A DNA stretch of 64,000 bases from Sphaerodactylus townsendi. Taxonomy: Eukaryota. A program made the position numbers and the translations under genes. This document shows, in pieces, positions 47,100 through 64,000 of this stretch (the first letter of the stretch is position 1; the number at the start of each line of letters is the position of its first letter). The stretch covers positions 25,978,001 to 26,042,000 of the forward strand of contig NC_059438.1 of NCBI RefSeq assembly GCF_021028975.2, written 5' to 3'. The notes beneath the pieces were generated by a model. That model made no database searches. It was not told where the DNA came from and was given only the letters and a program-made list of their open reading frames with translations.

Positions 47100-50000
47100 C
47101 TTTAAATGGTGAAACAGAAAAAGGATCTCACCTAGCACATTTTAGCCTGCCCTTTCTCCTGATGCTGACAGCTGCGCGCATGACTCTGCAATGAAGGGAA
47201 TGTCTCATCCTTTCATTGGCCCCCATCATTCTCCACAGTGGTCATATCCTGCTCCTTGTGGTCCCTTTATCTCCCTCCTCTTGTTCATTCTGTAATTTTG
47301 GACAAAACATTGGTTGTAAAGCTCTCATCAGATTTGGTTGACGTTTTAAATTTGTGTTGCAGTGACTGCAGGAGTACATGCATCCCTTCTTCAGTTTAGT
47401 TTTTAAAATGGCTTGGATTTTCCTGTGACCCTAGAGGTTCTCTTGTTTTTGTACAAAAATCCCCTCCTAGTGTTTATGCAGCCCCATTGCATGGATTTCT
47501 TCATCGTCATTCTGTGCCCAAGTTCAGATTCAATGTCACAATTGTTTGGGGGAGGAGGGTGTTGATTCCTTTGCCCAGGGAGCTGTTGTGGAAGTTCGTG
47601 GTTGTCCAGGAGCATCAGTTTCATTCTTGCCAAGTTAGAAAGGACAACACAGCTACTGAATTCCTCCAACACACTTAAAATCTGCATTTAATTTTTGACA
47701 AACACGTATTTGTTCATGAGCTTTGCTGTATTGGCCTTCTTAAGAGACTGTTTAGTCTGTCTCACTCCAACTCCCACCCCAAAGCTCACTTTTTCTCCAT
47801 GCTCTTTGTTAAACCTTTTGGTCCCCATCATGAACAGAAACAAAACCTAAATGTGCATCACATACATACACAACTGTATTTATTGAGAACCACATCTTGT
47901 TCCCTTTTCTCTCTCAGTCTGCCTGCTGCTGTCACAGTCTAGGTGACAGTCTGGGCATGGGCAGTTGACAAAACTGATGACTTGGGGACCATCAGTCCTG
48001 GTCCTCTGAATCTGATTGAGGCCCATGCATATTTGAAGTATTTGTTTTGTGCATCCTGACAGTTTCTTTGGAGCAAATTTGAAGGCATGACAAAACAGTT
48101 ACATTTAATAGATGTCTGTTTAGTTCAGATGGGCATTTGATATTTATAATCGGTTTTTTTGTTTTAATTGTGTACTTTTTTAGGCTTATAATTATTGGTG
48201 TGTGCTTTTAAGGTACGTAATTTTCTCTTGAAAAAAGGTCCCTTTAGATGGCCATATCTCAACTTTGTTGCTGATGTCTATTCTGTTTCATCTGAGTAGT
48301 CTTTCTTATTTATTACTTATTTAACATTTGTTTTCAGGTAGTTCTTTATTTTAGAGTTTCTGTAGTCTAGCATTTGTTGTTTTTGGGGTCACCTAAAAAG
48401 ATATTAAAGTGAGGGTGTGTTCTTTTGTCAAACCATGCTTGGTTGAACATTGGTTGATGGATGTCAGTGCTTGAAGTTCAGAATTCTGTGTTTCATATCA
48501 CACCATCCAGAAACGCCAGTGATCCTGTAACAATTTATTTATTTATTATTAATTTTATATACCGCCCTACTCCCAAAGGGCTCTGGTAGAGGGTGTAGGT
48601 GTATAACATGCCATTACTGCTAAGATAGCTGAGCTATAACCTGTGAGCCCTGACCTCTTGAAAGCTCAGTGCATGGCAGTTGGGTTAGTATAGCTCTGAT
48701 ATAACTCTCCTATGTATGCTAGTCATCATAGGGTGGTTATGTTAACCCACCCCTTTCATGTGCCAGTGAAGAAGTATTCAGGTAGCATTTTCCCATTTGT
48801 TTGTTGGACTGTGTGGTTGAGTCTAATTTTATTGTTTAGAAAGTGCTTGTGGTATTAAGTGTTTTTTACTGTCAATTTCTAAAGCAGTGCTTCTGTAGCA
48901 TTTAGCTACTGATGTTCATGATACTATGCCATTAAGGAATAGGGAAAGTCAGAAAGTGCAAAGGTACCTGGAAATTGCATTTTAGTTGTGTCTGATACCT
49001 GTTGAATGTTCAGAGAAGTTATGGGGTTTGTCAGAATCAGCTCAGCTTATGTTTCAGAAGTTCCATGCAAAGTGTAAACGTTTGAAAGAAAGACTATTTA
49101 TTTACATGGCCAGGCAAAAGTTGTTTAGTGTAGAAGAAGAGGGGTGAGGTCAGTTTAAATATTGAAGAATAAGCCGTGGGTTTCCAATGTGTGCAAATTT
49201 ATTCAACTGTGTTTTGCGTGAAACGCTGAGACCTCACTAGCGAGATGAGGGAATAGTTGTTTCTGTCAGCTACCACTGCTGTTCACTTATCTTACTTACA
49301 TTTTGGCTGTATGCAAAAGTGCAAATAGATGTCTTGCATTTCATTGCCTTTTCAATCAACTGTTCATGGCGCAGGGGTGGCGGTTTCTTCTGTGGCCATG
49401 ACCTCTGCATGTCCGCAGACTGAAAGCTCATTTTTGCAACTTGTTCAATAAATTTAAGCTCACAATAGTTGTAGCTACAATAAACCCTAATGTGTCAACC
49501 TGTTTTTCTTTGCTGTGTTAAACTGACACAACTACCCCTGTAGAATCTGACTTACATGTGGGGCTGGTTGTGGTCCTGGTGGACTCGCAGTCCTCTGCCT
49601 GCACAGGTGTCTGGATTCCCTGCTCACCAATCTGCAACTGTGTGCAGTTCCAAGGGGGAGGGCAAGCTTGCCCCAGTACAGGCAGGATTTTACCGTCTGT
49701 GGCTGTGGACTGCGCCTCCACCCTGTCGCAGTGGAAAGGTTGAGGAGTGGCCTGAGGCAAGGAGGGTGTCTCCAGGGGCACCTTGCCCAGAGGCAGGTGC
49801 AGGGGACTTTGTGGCTCTGCCAGCAGGTGATACAACAGCTCAGCCCTGCCAGGCAGCCAGGCAGTGGACTTCTGAGCAGAAACAGCAGCCCCCCCTCCCG
49901 TTTAGGTCCACTTCTCCATATGACTGACTGGCTGCCCAACAAAAGCCTTTAATGTCCCGGGCAGAAAACTCTTATTACCTGACATGCTCTACCTGGTGAT

Positions 50001-50714
50001 GCTGAGGTTTTATCAAGAGACCTCCTGCATACAAAACGAATGCTCACCACTCAGCCTTATGGAGGGAATGCAGGTGGGCGGGTAGAGAGACATGTGATCC
50101 ACAACATTAGGAGAACAGCATGGAGCAGGAAACTTTATTTTTTGAAAAGGGTAAATATACTGGAATCGAGGCGAGCTGCGATAAGGGTAATCTGTGTTGT
50201 CAGTGGGCAGCATAGCAGTGACATGGCTACATGGTGTAGCTGTGTTGCGTGCCATGATCCTGCAGCCCAGCAGGGATAGCAGAACTGCAGCCTCTGGGCA
50301 TGAGTGGCTGTTAATTATGAAAAACAGAACCACCCCTTATCCAGTACCCCAGGTGGTAAACCTTTCAAGACTAAAATGCCTACATGTGTCTCTGGACTGA
50401 AAGTAGAATTGTATGGCGCTTGGGTGCAGTGGCGTAGCGCCAAGGGGGAAAAGGGGTGCGCGACGCACCGGGCACACGCCCCTGCAGGGGCATTGAAGGC
50501 AGGACAGGGGCACGGCAGGGGCGCAGGGTGTGAGCGTGCACTGGGTGCAGTTCCCCCTCGCTCTGCACCTGCTTGGGTGCTATTTTGTTGCAGGTTAAAT
50601 ATTCCAATTATTGACTTGGGGGAGCTCTGAATTAACTGTACTAAGCCTAGATTTTTTTAGCTGAACCTGGTAAGGAGACCCTGCCAACATCACTCTGTAA
50701 ACTCCCAAGGAACA

Positions 50715-50814
50715 CATATGCATCACACCTGACTTAACACACCTCCATACCTGAGTTAACACACCCACCCATATGCATTACACCTGACTTAACACACCTC
50801 CATACCTGAGTTAA
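50715..50814 (+). repeat. Tandem repeat, 55-bp period x about 2, built from ACCTGA(C/G)TTAACAC subunits
   Basis: CATATGCAT(C/T)ACACCTGACTTAACACACCTCCATACCTGAGTTAA at 50715 and 50770. Confidence 0.85.
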
Positions 50815-50848
50815 TACTTTATTGGGTTTATTGGGTGCAAAAATCTAG

Positions 50849-63919
<13,071 letters not shown>

Positions 63920-64000
63920 GTGAGTACTTTCTGGTGAGCGTGCCCTGGTCTTGATCCAGTACTGCTAAAGGTTACCTGCAGAGGCATGAAACCACATGTG

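Noticed and set aside
47975-48015. C/D box snoRNA (TGATGA...CTGA)
   Set aside because: Only about 40 nt from box C to box D, no terminal stem and no rRNA guide recognised.

Overview
Vertebrate genomic DNA. It is GC-rich, compact and intron-containing. The repeat content (CR1, RTE-X-like, Penelope-like, 5S-headed SINE, SPIN/hAT MITEs) points to a squamate reptile, probably a gecko; this is inference. The window is the conserved block syntenic to human 16q22.2: DHX38 (-, 5' part only), DHODH (-), PKD1L3 (+), IST1 (-), ZNF821 (+), ATXN1L (-) and AP1G1 (+, 3' truncated). I walked the exons by hand and all reading frames stay in phase. Most interesting observations: (1) TXNL4B and haptoglobin, which lie between DHX38 and DHODH in mammals, are absent, and a putative solo LTR fills the gap; (2) a 35-nt copy of the ATXN1L/ZNF821 3'-end region sits in AP1G1 intron 1, split by a SPIN-type MITE, and is antisense to the ATXN1L poly(A) downstream element; (3) an AT-rich, 3'UTR-like cryptic terminal exon in AP1G1 intron 1; (4) a 9-nt NEK microexon in AP1G1; (5) polyGly/polyAla uORFs across a GGC repeat in the ATXN1L leader; (6) a Penelope-derived palindrome with decayed hammerhead cores. 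I cannot establish a novel system from sequence alone; items 2 and 3 are the best candidates.
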